Shown here piece after piece: positions 1 to 9,326 of a DNA stretch of 47,713 nucleotides (positions are counted from its first letter, which is position 1; each line of letters opens with the position of its first letter). Under the pieces are notes generated by a model. That model did not search any database, was not told the origin of the DNA, and saw nothing but the letters and a program-made list of their open reading frames with translations. This DNA is from an uncultured Bacilli bacterium (GTDB taxonomy: Bacteria; Bacillota_I; Bacilli_A; RF39; UBA660). The position numbers were made by a program, and so were the translations under genes. The DNA is taken from NCBI GenBank assembly GCA_944358725.1, contig CALVRS010000059.1:1-47713 (forward strand), in the 5' to 3' direction.

Positions 1-17
1 TAAGAAAGGAGACTATT

Positions 18-965
18 ATGAATTTTGAAAAACCAGATTATAAAATAACAGATTATGTAGAAAATAATAATTATGGAAAATTTGAACTAGAACCTTTGGA
101 AAGAGGTTTTGGTATGACTATTGGTAATGCTCTTCGTAGAGTTATGCTTTCATCAATGCCAGGTTCAGCTATTGTGGCTGTTAAAATTGATGGAGTTATG
201 CATGAGTTTCAAACTATTGAAGGGGTTATCGAAGATGTTACAGCTATTATTTTAAATTTAAAAGGAATAGCTATTAGAAATCATTCTGATGAAGTTAAGA
301 CGGCTCATTTGTCTGTTCATGAGGAAAGAACTGTAACAGCAGCTGATATTGTTTGTGACAGTGATATAGAGATAATTAACAAAGATCAAGTTATTGCTAC
401 TTTGGCTAAAGGTGGTAAACTTGATATGGAGTTTATTATTGCTAATGGTCGTGGTGCAGATTTATCAACAGTTAATAAAAAGTATATTACAGATGCTACT
501 TTAGGATATATCCCAATTGATGCTTTATATTCTCCAATTGAGAGAGTTAATTATGAAATTGATAAAGCACGTGTTGGTCAAGATGCATCTTATGATAAAC
601 TTATTATGGAAGTTGAAACAAATGGTGCTCTTCGTCCAGAGGAAGCAATGGCTTTAGCTGCTAAAATATTAATTGAGCACTTAAATATTATTACTAATTT
701 AAGTGAAATCGCCGATATTACAGGTATTATGAATGCGAAGCAAGAAGATAGTAAGCAGAAGAAATTAGAAACATCAATTGATGATTTAGATTTCTCGGTT
801 AGAGCTTATAACTGTTTAAAGAGAGCTAATATTAATACATTAGGTGATTTAACTGAAAAATCAGAATTAGAAATGATGAAGATACGTAATTTAGGTAAGA
901 AATCTTTAAAAGAGGTTATGGATAAAATTAAAGATATGGGGCTTAAATTCCGTGATGAAGATTAG
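18..965 (+). CDS. rpoA: DNA-directed RNA polymerase subunit alpha
   Basis: 315-aa ORF with AAGGAG RBS at 6-11. N-terminal '[11 protein letters not shown]' and C-terminal aCTD '[19 protein letters not shown]' motifs. Followed by rplQ as in Firmicutes. Confidence 0.95.
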   Translation: MNFEKPDYKITDYVENNNYGKFELEPLERGFGMTIGNALRRVMLSSMPGSAIVAVKIDGVMHEFQTIEGVIEDVTAIILNLKGIAIRNHSDEVKTAHLSVHEERTVTAADIVCDSDIEIINKDQVIATLAKGGKLDMEFIIANGRGADLSTVNKKYITDATLGYIPIDALYSPIERVNYEIDKARVGQDASYDKLIMEVETNGALRPEEAMALAAKILIEHLNIITNLSEIADITGIMNAKQEDSKQKKLETSIDDLDFSVRAYNCLKRANINTLGDLTEKSELEMMKIRNLGKKSLKEVMDKIKDMGLKFRDED

Positions 966-979
966 TTAGGAGGGTATTA

Positions 980-1336
980 ATGGCTTATAGAAAATTAGGA
1001 CGCGACAACAAACATAGAAGAAGTATGCTAGCTAATTTAACCAAAGATGTTATTAATAATGAAAAAGTTGTAACGACTGAAACTAGAGCTAAAGAGGTTC
1101 GTAAATTTGTTGATAAAATGATTACTTATGGTAAAGATGGAACTTTAGTTGCTAGAAGAAAAGCTTTAGCATTCTTACATAATGATAAGGACACTGTTAA
1201 GAAGGTGTTTGATGATTTAGCTCACCGTTATGCGAAAAGGAATGGTGGATATACTAGAATTTCAAAAATTGATGAAAGAAGAGGCGACGATGCTTTAATG
1301 GTTGTCTTATCATTAGTTGAAGAGGACGCTAAATAA
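980..1336 (+). CDS. rplQ: 50S ribosomal protein L17
   Basis: 118 aa starting '[20 protein letters not shown]'. GGAGG RBS. Canonical position after rpoA. Confidence 0.95.
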   Translation: MAYRKLGRDNKHRRSMLANLTKDVINNEKVVTTETRAKEVRKFVDKMITYGKDGTLVARRKALAFLHNDKDTVKKVFDDLAHRYAKRNGGYTRISKIDERRGDDALMVVLSLVEEDAK

Positions 1337-1371
1337 GCGTTTTCTTTTTCTATTAGTTTTATGGTGATATT

Positions 1372-2508
1372 ATGTCAGATGAAGAAATAAGAGCATATGT
1401 ATTTAAAATAGAAAGTATGTCTTTTGAAGATATTGAAGCGTTTATGAAGGAACTTCCTAATAAGGAAACTTATAATTTTGAGGACGCAATGAAAAGAATT
1501 TGTGATGGTCTTCAAGAAGATATTAGAGCTTTAAGACGTTTAAATAATGAACAAAATAATGAAAATTTAGATGATGAAATTTTAGATAATTTAAAAAGAC
1601 TCTATTTATGTAATTTATATTTGGATAGACAAAATACTTTAGATTATAAAGTAAAAAAGACTAAACATCAGATTATATTTGCTAAAACATCAACTGGTAA
1701 GCCTTATTTTAATAATGATTTATCTAAAGTACCTACGGAAGCTTATGCTGAGGTTAAGAAAGTATTATTTAGTATTTTATATGGAGTTAATAAAGGAAAT
1801 GGTACGAAGGCTAAATATTTTACTGAAATAAAACTGCCTAAAAAGGTTTTTGAGTTTAAAGGATTTCAAGTTAGAATATATACAACTAAGTTAAAAGGAA
1901 ATATTTTATGTGTTTTTGGTCTTAAGATTAAGAAAGATAATAATCCAAAAAGTATTCATGTTTTTTTGGATGAAAGATTGAAGGCTGCTAATAAGCAGAT
2001 TGAAGATTTAAAGAAAAAAATCAAAGATGCAGATGTCAGAAAGAGATTGCTTTTAGATAGTCAAAATATTTTGGATGATATTATAAATGTTTTAAACAAA
2101 GCTGAGGAAAATACTGATTTTGTATTTCCATCAGACGAGGAGCTTCAAACTTTGGTATCGAATGATGATATAAATGATAATGAAATTTCAAATACAGTAG
2201 TTGCTAATGAAGTAAAAAGAGATGTTGATATTGTCCCGGTTTCTGCTAAAGTAGTTAAAAAAAGAACAAGAGGATTAGGCAAGAAAACTATTGCTAGAAA
2301 TAAGATTATGGATTCTTTAAAACCATTTAATTTAGAAGAACTTAAGCAAATTCAAAATTATATCAATATATTAAAAAAAGATAAAGAGTTAAATGATGTT
2401 ATTGGAAATATGTATGAAGGGTTTTTAAGTATGTCTGATGAGCAAGTTCAGCAGTTTGAGGAAGGTATTAAATATTTTAAAAATGATGATGTGGGTCGTC
2501 ACAAATAA
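1372..2508 (+). CDS. hypothetical protein; central segment weakly RelE/Gp49-like
   Basis: 378-aa ORF with a GGTGA RBS. No family recognised overall. The segment 'FEFKGFQVRIYTTKLKGNILCVFGLKIKKDNNP' resembles the Gp49/HigB toxin core pattern. It is inserted where Firmicutes normally have ecfA directly after rplQ. Confidence 0.5.
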   Translation: MSDEEIRAYVFKIESMSFEDIEAFMKELPNKETYNFEDAMKRICDGLQEDIRALRRLNNEQNNENLDDEILDNLKRLYLCNLYLDRQNTLDYKVKKTKHQIIFAKTSTGKPYFNNDLSKVPTEAYAEVKKVLFSILYGVNKGNGTKAKYFTEIKLPKKVFEFKGFQVRIYTTKLKGNILCVFGLKIKKDNNPKSIHVFLDERLKAANKQIEDLKKKIKDADVRKRLLLDSQNILDDIINVLNKAEENTDFVFPSDEELQTLVSNDDINDNEISNTVVANEVKRDVDIVPVSAKVVKKRTRGLGKKTIARNKIMDSLKPFNLEELKQIQNYINILKKDKELNDVIGNMYEGFLSMSDEQVQQFEEGIKYFKNDDVGRHK

Positions 2509-2510
2509 AA

Positions 2511-2545
2511 AAATTGTTATCTTATTTTGATAGCAATTTTATTTT
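2511..2545. terminator. bidirectional intrinsic terminator between convergent genes
   Basis: Stem aaattgttatc (2511-2521) pairs with gatagcaattt (2529-2539), with one G-U pair. Flanked by an A-run on the 5' side and a T-run on the 3' side. Confidence 0.55.
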
Positions 2546-2747
2546 TTGATGAACTTCATTGACCCAATTTTCTTGTTCTTGATTATGGTTTTGATGATAC
2601 TTTTTCATTAACTGTTCGTTTTTGATTTCTTCAAACATTTCATATGGGATGTAATTTTCAATTTCATCTCCATAAATAATATATATAAATTGGATTTTCA
2701 ATTATCATTTTGAATAGATTAATATTATTTTCGTAATTTTGGTTCAT
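2522..2747 (-). pseudogene. small minus-strand gene split by a frameshift in a (TA)4 tract
   Basis: Minus strand has TTGACA-17-TAATAT, an AAGGGA RBS and ATG at 2747. This gives a 27-codon ORF ending at TGA (2664-2666). An overlapping frame (TTG 2701 to TAA 2522) reads '...GDEIENYIPYEMFEEIKNEQLMKKYHQ...'. One extra TA unit in the TATATATAT tract would fuse both into one ~82-aa ORF. Confidence 0.25.
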
Positions 2748-2852
2748 GTTAATATCCCTTTCATTAAGATTATATTAGAATATTTTTAATAATATGTCAA
2801 ATAAAATTTACAAATTATTTTTCATATTATATAATGTTTTTAAGGTGATTTT

Positions 2853-3605
2853 ATGAAAGCATTAATTACGGGAGCTAGTTCTGGTATTGGAGCTGATATG
2901 GCAAGGGTACTTGTTTCAGAAGGTTATGAAGTTATTTTAGTTGCTCGAAGAAAAACAAGACTTGAAAAATTAGCTAAAGAATTAGGTGACAGAGCTAAGA
3001 TAATTGTTAAAGATATTTCAAGTACATATAATTGTATGGAACTTTATAATGAGGTTAAGGGAGAAAACATTGATATTTTGATAAATAATGCTGGGTTTGG
3101 TGTTTTTGGAGAATTTAGTGAAACTAATTTGGATAAAGAATTGGATATGATAGATTTAAATATTAAATCTCTGCATTTATTAACAAAGCTGTTTTTAAAG
3201 GATTTTAAAAAGAAAGATCAAGGATATATTTTAAATGTGGCATCTTCAGCTGGTTTTATGGCTGGACCTTTGATGGCATCTTATTATGCGACTAAAAATT
3301 ATGTATTAAATTTAAGTTTAGCAATTTATGAGGAGCTTCGAAGGGAAGGCAGTAATGTTTCAATAAGCGTTTTATGTCCTGGACCGGTTAATACAGAATT
3401 TAATAAGGTAGCTCGTGTGCATTTTTCTATTAAAGGCGAAGATAGTATGAAGGTAGCTAGTTTAGCTATTAAAAAGATGTTTGATGAGAAGCTTATTATT
3501 ATTCCTGGCTTAAAAATGAAACTTGGTGTATTTTTTATTAGGTTTTTACCTAGAAAATGGCTTTTGAAAATTAGTTATAAAATCCAAAATGGTAAGCGAA
3601 GTTAG
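2853..3605 (+). CDS. short-chain dehydrogenase/reductase (SDR) family oxidoreductase
   Basis: 'TGASSGIG' Rossmann motif and 'YYATK' (YxxxK) catalytic motif. 250 aa. Confidence 0.85.
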   Translation: MKALITGASSGIGADMARVLVSEGYEVILVARRKTRLEKLAKELGDRAKIIVKDISSTYNCMELYNEVKGENIDILINNAGFGVFGEFSETNLDKELDMIDLNIKSLHLLTKLFLKDFKKKDQGYILNVASSAGFMAGPLMASYYATKNYVLNLSLAIYEELRREGSNVSISVLCPGPVNTEFNKVARVHFSIKGEDSMKVASLAIKKMFDEKLIIIPGLKMKLGVFFIRFLPRKWLLKISYKIQNGKRS

Positions 3606-3608
3606 TTT

Positions 3609-4178
3609 GTGGATTATCTGATATTAGTAAATAAAGAAAACCCTTTATATACTAATTTAAAGCTTGATTTAATAAAGGTTGGTAAAAATCATGATAATGA
3701 ATATGTATATATGGAAAAGCTAGCTGGGCTTTCTCTTATGAGGATGCTTGATGATGTTAATAAGTTATTTCCTTTTGAAAAAGTGGTTGTAAATTCTGGA
3801 TATAGAAGTATATCTAAGCAAGAGGAAATTTTAAAATATTATTTAGAAAAAGAAGGTTCTAAGGCTTATGAGCGGGTAGCTTTGCCGAAAACGTCAGAAC
3901 ATCATACAGGGCTTGCGATAGATGTTAGTGTTATTAAAAATGGCATATATATAGAGGATCCAACAGGCATAGAAGAATCTTTAAAATGGCTTTATGAAAA
4001 TGCTTATAAATATGGTTTTATTTTAAGATATCCTTTAGGTAAAGAAAGTATTTGTGGTTATATGTATGAACCGTGGCATTTTAGATATATTGGTTTTAGT
4101 AAATTAGCTTTTGAAATGAAAAAAAATAATTTAACTTTAGAGGAGTATGTTTTAGAAAAAAACAAATCATTACAGTAA
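3609..4178 (+). CDS. VanY-type D-alanyl-D-alanine carboxypeptidase (peptidase M15B)
   Basis: GTG start. 'SEHHTGLAIDV' and 'EPWHFRY' zinc-ligand motifs typical of VanY/M15. Confidence 0.8.
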   Translation: MDYLILVNKENPLYTNLKLDLIKVGKNHDNEYVYMEKLAGLSLMRMLDDVNKLFPFEKVVVNSGYRSISKQEEILKYYLEKEGSKAYERVALPKTSEHHTGLAIDVSVIKNGIYIEDPTGIEESLKWLYENAYKYGFILRYPLGKESICGYMYEPWHFRYIGFSKLAFEMKKNNLTLEEYVLEKNKSLQ

Positions 4179-4203
4179 ATTCATTGTAAAATGAATGTTT
4201 TTA
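4179..4203 (+). terminator. intrinsic terminator after the vanY-like gene
   Basis: Stem attcatt/aatgaat with a gtaa loop, followed by gttttt. TATAAT at 4202-4207 follows for ecfA1. Confidence 0.55.
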
Positions 4204-4232
4204 TAATATAATAATTTTTGTGGTGAAGTTAT

Positions 4233-5012
4233 ATGCAGGCGATTGAAATAAAAAAATTAAATTTTAGTTATGAAAATATTAAAGTATTTGATAATTTAAA
4301 TTTAAATATTTTAGAGAGAAAATTTGTTACTATTTTAGGAAAAAATGGTAGTGGCAAATCATCGCTTGTAAATATTTTATCGGGTCTTTTGAATTATAAT
4401 GGAGATATTTTGATTTTTGGGAAACCTTTAAAAAAGGAAGTTATTAGAGAAAATATTGTTACTATTTTTGATGATTTTTGGGAATATGAAAGTGATGATA
4501 TTTTAATGGATTTTTTAATAAATAATTTGGGGAAACAGAAAGTTAAAGATGAAGCTTTAAATATAGTTTCTGAACTTGATTTAATGGATTATTTGAATAT
4601 ACCATTTGATTTTTTACCTTCAGATAAGAAAAAATTGGTTATTTTGAAGCTTGCATTATTAAAGAAACCTAAAATACTTATTTTAGATAATTTATTTGAT
4701 AAAATGGATGAAGTTTTAAGGTTAAAGGTATTTGATGAGTTAAAAAAGCTTGTTAAAGAAGGGCTTACAGTGATTAATTTTTCAAATGATGTTAAAGATG
4801 CACTTTATGCGGATACAGTTATAATTATAGGTAATGGTAATATACTTTTAAAAGGTTCTAAAAAACAGGTATTTGAACAGGAAGAATTTTTTGAAAAGTA
4901 TGATTTAGAATTACCTTTTATGGTAAGTTTATCAAATAAATTAAAGTTTTATGATTTAATAAATAAAGTTTATTTTGAAGAGAAAAAATTGGTGAAAGAT
5001 TTATGGAAATAG
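4233..5012 (+). CDS. ecfA1: ECF-transporter-type ABC ATPase, catalytically degenerate (EcfA1-like)
   Basis: Walker A 'GKNGSGKSS' is intact. The Q-loop is 'TIFDDF', the signature is 'LPSDKKK' instead of LSGGQ, Walker B is 'ILILDNLF' (no DE) and the H-loop position is 'FSN'. Syntenic position. Confidence 0.75.
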   Translation: MQAIEIKKLNFSYENIKVFDNLNLNILERKFVTILGKNGSGKSSLVNILSGLLNYNGDILIFGKPLKKEVIRENIVTIFDDFWEYESDDILMDFLINNLGKQKVKDEALNIVSELDLMDYLNIPFDFLPSDKKKLVILKLALLKKPKILILDNLFDKMDEVLRLKVFDELKKLVKEGLTVINFSNDVKDALYADTVIIIGNGNILLKGSKKQVFEQEEFFEKYDLELPFMVSLSNKLKFYDLINKVYFEEKKLVKDLWK

Positions 5013-5746
5013 AGTTTAAAAATATTAGTACTGATGATTTATCTTGTCATATAAAAGAGGGAAAGATTAATTTTATAGTTGGTGGGGTTAATAGTGGTAA
5101 GAGTTTATTTCTTTCTTTAGTTAATGATGAAATTTTAGATGGCAAAGAGATTTCTAAAGTTGGTTTTTTAAGACAAAATCCAGAGAAATATTTTTTTTGT
5201 AATACGATTTATGACGAGGTTTTATTTACTTTGAAAAAATATAAACTAAAAGTTAGTGATAAGAAAATTGTTGATTCTTTAAAGATAGTCGGGCTTGATG
5301 AAAGTTATTTGAGTCGTTCGCCTTTGAAAATTAGTACGGGGGAGCAGAAAAAATTAGCTTTAGCTCTTGTACTTGCGGTTAATCCTAAAGTGTTACTTTT
5401 AGATGAGCCTTTTAAAGGTCTTGATTTTACTAGTAAGAAGATGTTTATTAAACTGTTTAGAAAGATGAAGATGAGATATAATAGGACTATTTTGATTGCG
5501 AGTGTAGATGTGGATGATGCTTTACAGTTTGCTGATTATGTTATTTGTTTAAAAAATGGTAGTTTGATATTTCAAGGTGACAAATTTGATTTGTTTACGA
5601 ATAATAAGTTACTTAAAGAAAGTAATATTCCAAAACCACAGATTATAAAATTTACTGATAGTTTTAAAGAAGGTAGAAAAGTTAATATTGGTTATCGTGA
5701 TGATATAAATGATTTAATGAAGGATATATATAGAGTAGTTAGATAA
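5003..5746 (+). CDS. ecfA2: ECF-transporter-type ABC ATPase (EcfA2-like)
   Basis: Walker A 'GGVNSGKS', Q-loop 'LRQNPE', signature 'ISTGEQKK', Walker B 'LLLDEP'. Overlaps ecfA1 by 10 nt. Confidence 0.75.
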   Translation: MEIEFKNISTDDLSCHIKEGKINFIVGGVNSGKSLFLSLVNDEILDGKEISKVGFLRQNPEKYFFCNTIYDEVLFTLKKYKLKVSDKKIVDSLKIVGLDESYLSRSPLKISTGEQKKLALALVLAVNPKVLLLDEPFKGLDFTSKKMFIKLFRKMKMRYNRTILIASVDVDDALQFADYVICLKNGSLIFQGDKFDLFTNNKLLKESNIPKPQIIKFTDSFKEGRKVNIGYRDDINDLMKDIYRVVR

Positions 5747-5802
5747 ATGTGCTTTTATTTTGTATTTGTGTTACAATATATGGAGCAAGAGGAGGAAGTA
5801 TT

Positions 5803-6546
5803 ATGAGATATTTGATAACATTTGCTTATGATGGTTCAAAATATAAAGGTTATCAAAAGCAACCGGATGTTAGGACGGTTCAGGGGGAACTTGAGAGTGC
5901 GCTTAAGACAATTAATGGCCATAAGGATGTTAGTATATGCGCTTCAGGCCGAACTGATGCAGGGGTGCATGCTTATAATCAAAAGGCTCATTTTGATTTA
6001 GATATTAAACATATAACTCCTGAGAAGTTAAAAGACGGGCTTAATAGTTTGCTTCCTAATGATATTTATATTAGAAATGTTCAAATTGTAGCTGATGATT
6101 TTCATGCACGTTATAATGTGAAGGCTAAGGAATATGTTTATGTTATTAATATGGGAGAGTATAATCCAATTGAAAAAGATTATATATATCAATATAATAA
6201 GAAGCTTGATGTAGTAGAGATGGAGAGGGCTTTAAAATATTTAGAGGGTACACATAATTTTAAGTCATTTACTAAAAGTGATGATGAGAAGGAAGATTAT
6301 GTGCGTACTATTGTACAGACAAGGCTTTCAAGGGAACTTAAAAGTGTGAATAAGATTACTCTTAGTTTTTTAGGAACAGGTTTTATGCGTTATCAAGTTA
6401 GAAATATGATTGGAACTTTAATTGAAATTGGCGAAGGTAAGCGTCGGAGTGAAGATATAATTGATATTTTAAATGCTCAAGATAGACGAAAAGCGGGGAA
6501 GACAGCAAACCCAGAAGGCTTGTATTTAAAAGATGTACTTTATTAG
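5803..6546 (+). CDS. truA: tRNA pseudouridine(38-40) synthase TruA
   Basis: 'MRYLITFAYDGSKYKGYQKQ' and 'ASGRTDAGVHA' with the catalytic Asp. Start moved to ATG 5803 behind the GGAGGA RBS; the track ORF begins at 5749. Confidence 0.9.
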   Translation: MRYLITFAYDGSKYKGYQKQPDVRTVQGELESALKTINGHKDVSICASGRTDAGVHAYNQKAHFDLDIKHITPEKLKDGLNSLLPNDIYIRNVQIVADDFHARYNVKAKEYVYVINMGEYNPIEKDYIYQYNKKLDVVEMERALKYLEGTHNFKSFTKSDDEKEDYVRTIVQTRLSRELKSVNKITLSFLGTGFMRYQVRNMIGTLIEIGEGKRRSEDIIDILNAQDRRKAGKTANPEGLYLKDVLY

Positions 6547-6646
6547 TTTAAAGGTAATATTTTTAAGAATTTATCAATATTTTGTAAATTTATTATTTAT
6601 TAGTCAATAAAATGTATGATAAAGGTATGAAAATCATATAATTTTA

Positions 6647-6753
6647 TTGACTTTTATTTGATTTTTGATATAATTGAAACTGGTACATTTATTTATCCCA
6701 CATACGTAAGTCCTGGGAAAACTTACGAATGTAATGGAGAAAGGAAAAGTGTT
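6647..6753 (+). promoter_or_regulatory. rplM promoter plus structured 5' leader (possible L13-type autoregulatory leader)
   Basis: TTGACT (6647-6652), 16-nt spacer, TATAAT (6669-6674). A 7-bp hairpin cgtaagt/acttacg (6705-6727) with loop cctgggaaa lies just upstream of the RBS. Confidence 0.45.
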
Positions 6754-7185
6754 ATGAAAACATACATGCAAAGAAAAGAAGATGTCACTAGAAATTGGTA
6801 TGTTGTCGATGCGGAAGGTCAAACTTTAGGACGTTTAGCTACTAAGGTGGCGACTGTTTTAAGAGGAAAACATAAACCTACTTATACTCCACATATCGAT
6901 GGTGGCGATTATGTTATTGTAGTAAATGCTGATAAAGTAGTACTTACTGGTAACAAATTAAACGATAAGATGTATTATAATCACAGTAGATATACTGGAG
7001 GTCTTCGTGAGAGAACAGCTAAAGAAATGATTGAAAATTATCCAGTAGAAATGATTGAAAGAGCTGTTAAGGGTATGCTTCCAAAAGGTAGATTAGGAAG
7101 ACAAATGTATAAGAAATTATTTGTATATGCAGAAGGAAATCATCCACACAGTGCGCAAAAGCCAACTGAGCTTAAAGTGGATTAG
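6754..7185 (+). CDS. rplM: 50S ribosomal protein L13
   Basis: '[29 protein letters not shown]'. Start set at ATG 6754 behind the GGAGAAAGG RBS. Confidence 0.95.
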   Translation: MKTYMQRKEDVTRNWYVVDAEGQTLGRLATKVATVLRGKHKPTYTPHIDGGDYVIVVNADKVVLTGNKLNDKMYYNHSRYTGGLRERTAKEMIENYPVEMIERAVKGMLPKGRLGRQMYKKLFVYAEGNHPHSAQKPTELKVD

Positions 7186-7196
7186 GAGGAATTTTA

Positions 7197-7610
7197 ATGA
7201 ATACAAGAAAATTTTTAGGAACTGGTCGTAGAAAAGCGTCTGTTGCTAGAGTAGTAATGGTACCTGGAAGTGGTAAAATTACAGTAAATGGAAGAGACGT
7301 TAGAGACTTTTTCCCTTATGAAACAAATATTATGGATTTAATGCAACCATTAGTTGCTACAAATAATGAAAATACATTTGATATTACTGTTAAAGTAGCT
7401 GGCGGTGGATTTACTGGTCAAACTGGTGCTATTCGTTTAGGTATTACAAGAGCTTTACTTTCTTATGATAAGGAAAACGAAGGTAAAGAAGATAGTTATA
7501 GAAAAACATTAAAAAGAGCTGGCTTTGTTAAAAGAGACCCTAGAGTTAAAGAAAGAAAGAAACCTGGATTAAAAGGTGCACGTAGAGCTCCACAATTTTC
7601 AAAGAGATAA
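7197..7610 (+). CDS. rpsI: 30S ribosomal protein S9
   Basis: '[12 protein letters not shown]' and C-terminal '[10 protein letters not shown]'. Confidence 0.95.
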   Translation: MNTRKFLGTGRRKASVARVVMVPGSGKITVNGRDVRDFFPYETNIMDLMQPLVATNNENTFDITVKVAGGGFTGQTGAIRLGITRALLSYDKENEGKEDSYRKTLKRAGFVKRDPRVKERKKPGLKGARRAPQFSKR

Positions 7611-7626
7611 TATATTTTGTCATCAA

Positions 7627-7656
7627 AACATCGAATTTGTTTTCGATGTTTTTTTT
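7627..7656 (+). terminator. intrinsic terminator of rplM-rpsI
   Basis: Perfect 9-bp stem aacatcgaa/ttcgatgtt, 6-nt loop, T6 run. Confidence 0.8.
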
Positions 7657-7733
7657 GTAAAATTTTATGTAAAGTTAAATTTGTTTTATATTTTTATATT
7701 GTTAAATTTTGGATATATACATATAATGTTATT

Positions 7734-7790
7734 GTAAGGTTGGAAAACATAGGGGGCTGGCATGAGCCAATTCAATTTCCAACTTTTTTT
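7734..7790 (+). ncRNA. candidate ~55-nt small RNA (orphan promoter plus terminator unit)
   Basis: TTGTTA (7699-7704), 17-nt spacer, TATAAT (7722-7727). About 10 nt later comes an 8-bp outer stem gttggaaa/tttccaac (7739-7746 / 7776-7783). It encloses a GC-rich inner hairpin (ggct..agcc, 7755-7768) and is followed by T7. The next gene has its own consensus promoter. Confidence 0.3.
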
Positions 7791-7851
7791 GTATTAAAAT
7801 ATTGATTGATTGTTTTTAATTTTAGTTTGATATGGATTTTTCTATATTTTA

Positions 7852-7880
7852 TTGACATATTAAATAGTTTACTTTATACT
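7852..7880 (+). promoter_or_regulatory. sigma-A-type promoter for the 7905 gene
   Basis: TTGACA (7852-7857), exactly 17 nt, then TATACT (7875-7880). Confidence 0.6.
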
Positions 7881-7904
7881 ATTTGTAAGTTTGGAGGAAT
7901 TTAT

Positions 7905-8315
7905 ATGAATGGTGCTGAAATTACAATGCTTTCTCTTAGTATTATTGCTATTGTCTCTTCTGTATCAGCAATTGGAAGTTTTAGTAGAAGTAGAATTAGA
8001 ATGTTAACAGAAAAAAATAAATATATTGATGAAAATATTATGCCTTATATTAATTCTTTAGATTATAATGAGCTTTTGGTTGTAGCAAATGCTATGATTA
8101 ATTCACTTAGTGATGATGAAGCAAATGTTTTTCAAAATGATATAGAAAATATTGATTTATTTTTATGTGATGATGAAAATTTTAATGAAGTTGTTTGTGA
8201 AAAGTTACGTGATTTAATAGAAGAAAAAATATTTTCATTTTCTAGTGAAGAATTAGAAGCGTTTAAAATAAATTATCGTAAATTAAAACCAAAGTCTAAA
8301 ATTTATAAAAAGTAG
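7905..8315 (+). CDS. hypothetical membrane-anchored acidic protein
   Basis: GGAGG RBS then ATG 7905. One N-terminal TM segment ('ITMLSLSIIAIVSSVSAIGSF') and an acidic C-terminal part. No family recognised. Confidence 0.5.
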   Translation: MNGAEITMLSLSIIAIVSSVSAIGSFSRSRIRMLTEKNKYIDENIMPYINSLDYNELLVVANAMINSLSDDEANVFQNDIENIDLFLCDDENFNEVVCEKLRDLIEEKIFSFSSEELEAFKINYRKLKPKSKIYKK

Positions 8316-8444
8316 AAGAATAAATATAATAGTTTATTCTTTTATTATTTGTTAGTAGATTTTGTGATTGTTTTTTTTTATCTACTACCATATTCAATTT
8401 TTACAATTTGTGAGAATATGGTATACTATTATTTGGTGATATAT

Positions 8445-9326
8445 ATGCTTAAAATTAGTGATAAATGGTCAGATTATGAGTGTTTAGATGCTGGAAATGG
8501 CGAAAAATTGGAAAGATGGGGGTCGTTTATTTTAAGAAGGCCAGAACCACAAGCAATGTGGGAGACCAATTTTGATGATAATTGGAATAATATTGATGGT
8601 GTTTATTATCGTTCTAACAAGGGTGGTGGACACTGGGAGTTTAAGAGAAATCTACCTGAATTTTGGACAGTAAAATATAATGATTTAACTTTTAAAGTTA
8701 CACCAACTAATTTTAAACATACTGGTTTGTTTCCAGAGCAAGCGACTAATTGGGAGTTTATGGCTAGTAAGATTAAAAAAGCTGTGGATAGTGGCCGAGA
8801 GGTTAAGATTTTAAATTTATTTGCTTATACTGGTGCGGCTAGTATGGCGGCTTTAAAGGCTGGAGCTTCTGTGGTTCAAGTTGATGCCTCTAAAGGTATG
8901 ACTCTATGGGCTAAAGAAAATAGAGATTTATGTGGTCTTTCCTCAAGTAATATTCGTTTTATTGTGGATGATTGTTTGAAATTTGTTGAAAGAGAGTATC
9001 GCCGGGGAAATAAATATGATGGGATTGTAATGGATCCACCAAGTTATGGTAGAGGACCTAATAAGGAAGTTTGGAAGTTTGAAAAGAATATGGCTGTTTT
9101 ATTAGAAGCTTGTTTAAAGATTCTTAGTGATAGACCAATTTTTTTACTGATTAATTCATATACGACAGGTATTAGTCATATTGTTTTAGCAAATATGCTT
9201 AAGACGATGATGCTTCCGCTTTATCCAGATGGTAAGGTAGAATCTGGAGAGGTGGGACTTCCTATAAAGAAGAATAATATGGTTTTACCTTGTGGTATAT
9301 ATGGGAGATGGGAGTGTAATGATTAA
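8445..9326 (+). CDS. class I SAM-dependent (rRNA-type) methyltransferase
   Basis: 'MLKISDKWSDYECLDAGNGEKLERWG' N-terminus. 'LNLFAYTGAAS' SAM motif I and 'DPPSYGRG' motif IV (RlmI/RlmK-like core). Start moved to ATG 8445. Confidence 0.75.
   Translation: MLKISDKWSDYECLDAGNGEKLERWGSFILRRPEPQAMWETNFDDNWNNIDGVYYRSNKGGGHWEFKRNLPEFWTVKYNDLTFKVTPTNFKHTGLFPEQATNWEFMASKIKKAVDSGREVKILNLFAYTGAASMAALKAGASVVQVDASKGMTLWAKENRDLCGLSSSNIRFIVDDCLKFVEREYRRGNKYDGIVMDPPSYGRGPNKEVWKFEKNMAVLLEACLKILSDRPIFLLINSYTTGISHIVLANMLKTMMLPLYPDGKVESGEVGLPIKKNNMVLPCGIYGRWECND

Noticed and set aside
6634-6822. 62-aa minus-strand ORF and the 5' extension of the rplM ORF (6658-6753)
   Set aside because: Both lie over the rplM promoter and leader. 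L13 clearly starts at ATG 6754 behind an RBS. No RBS or recognisable protein features.
7617-7805. 62-aa plus-strand ORF after rpsI
   Set aside because: It spans the rpsI terminator, a promoter and a second terminator, and has no RBS. The region is better explained as intergenic with a possible sRNA.
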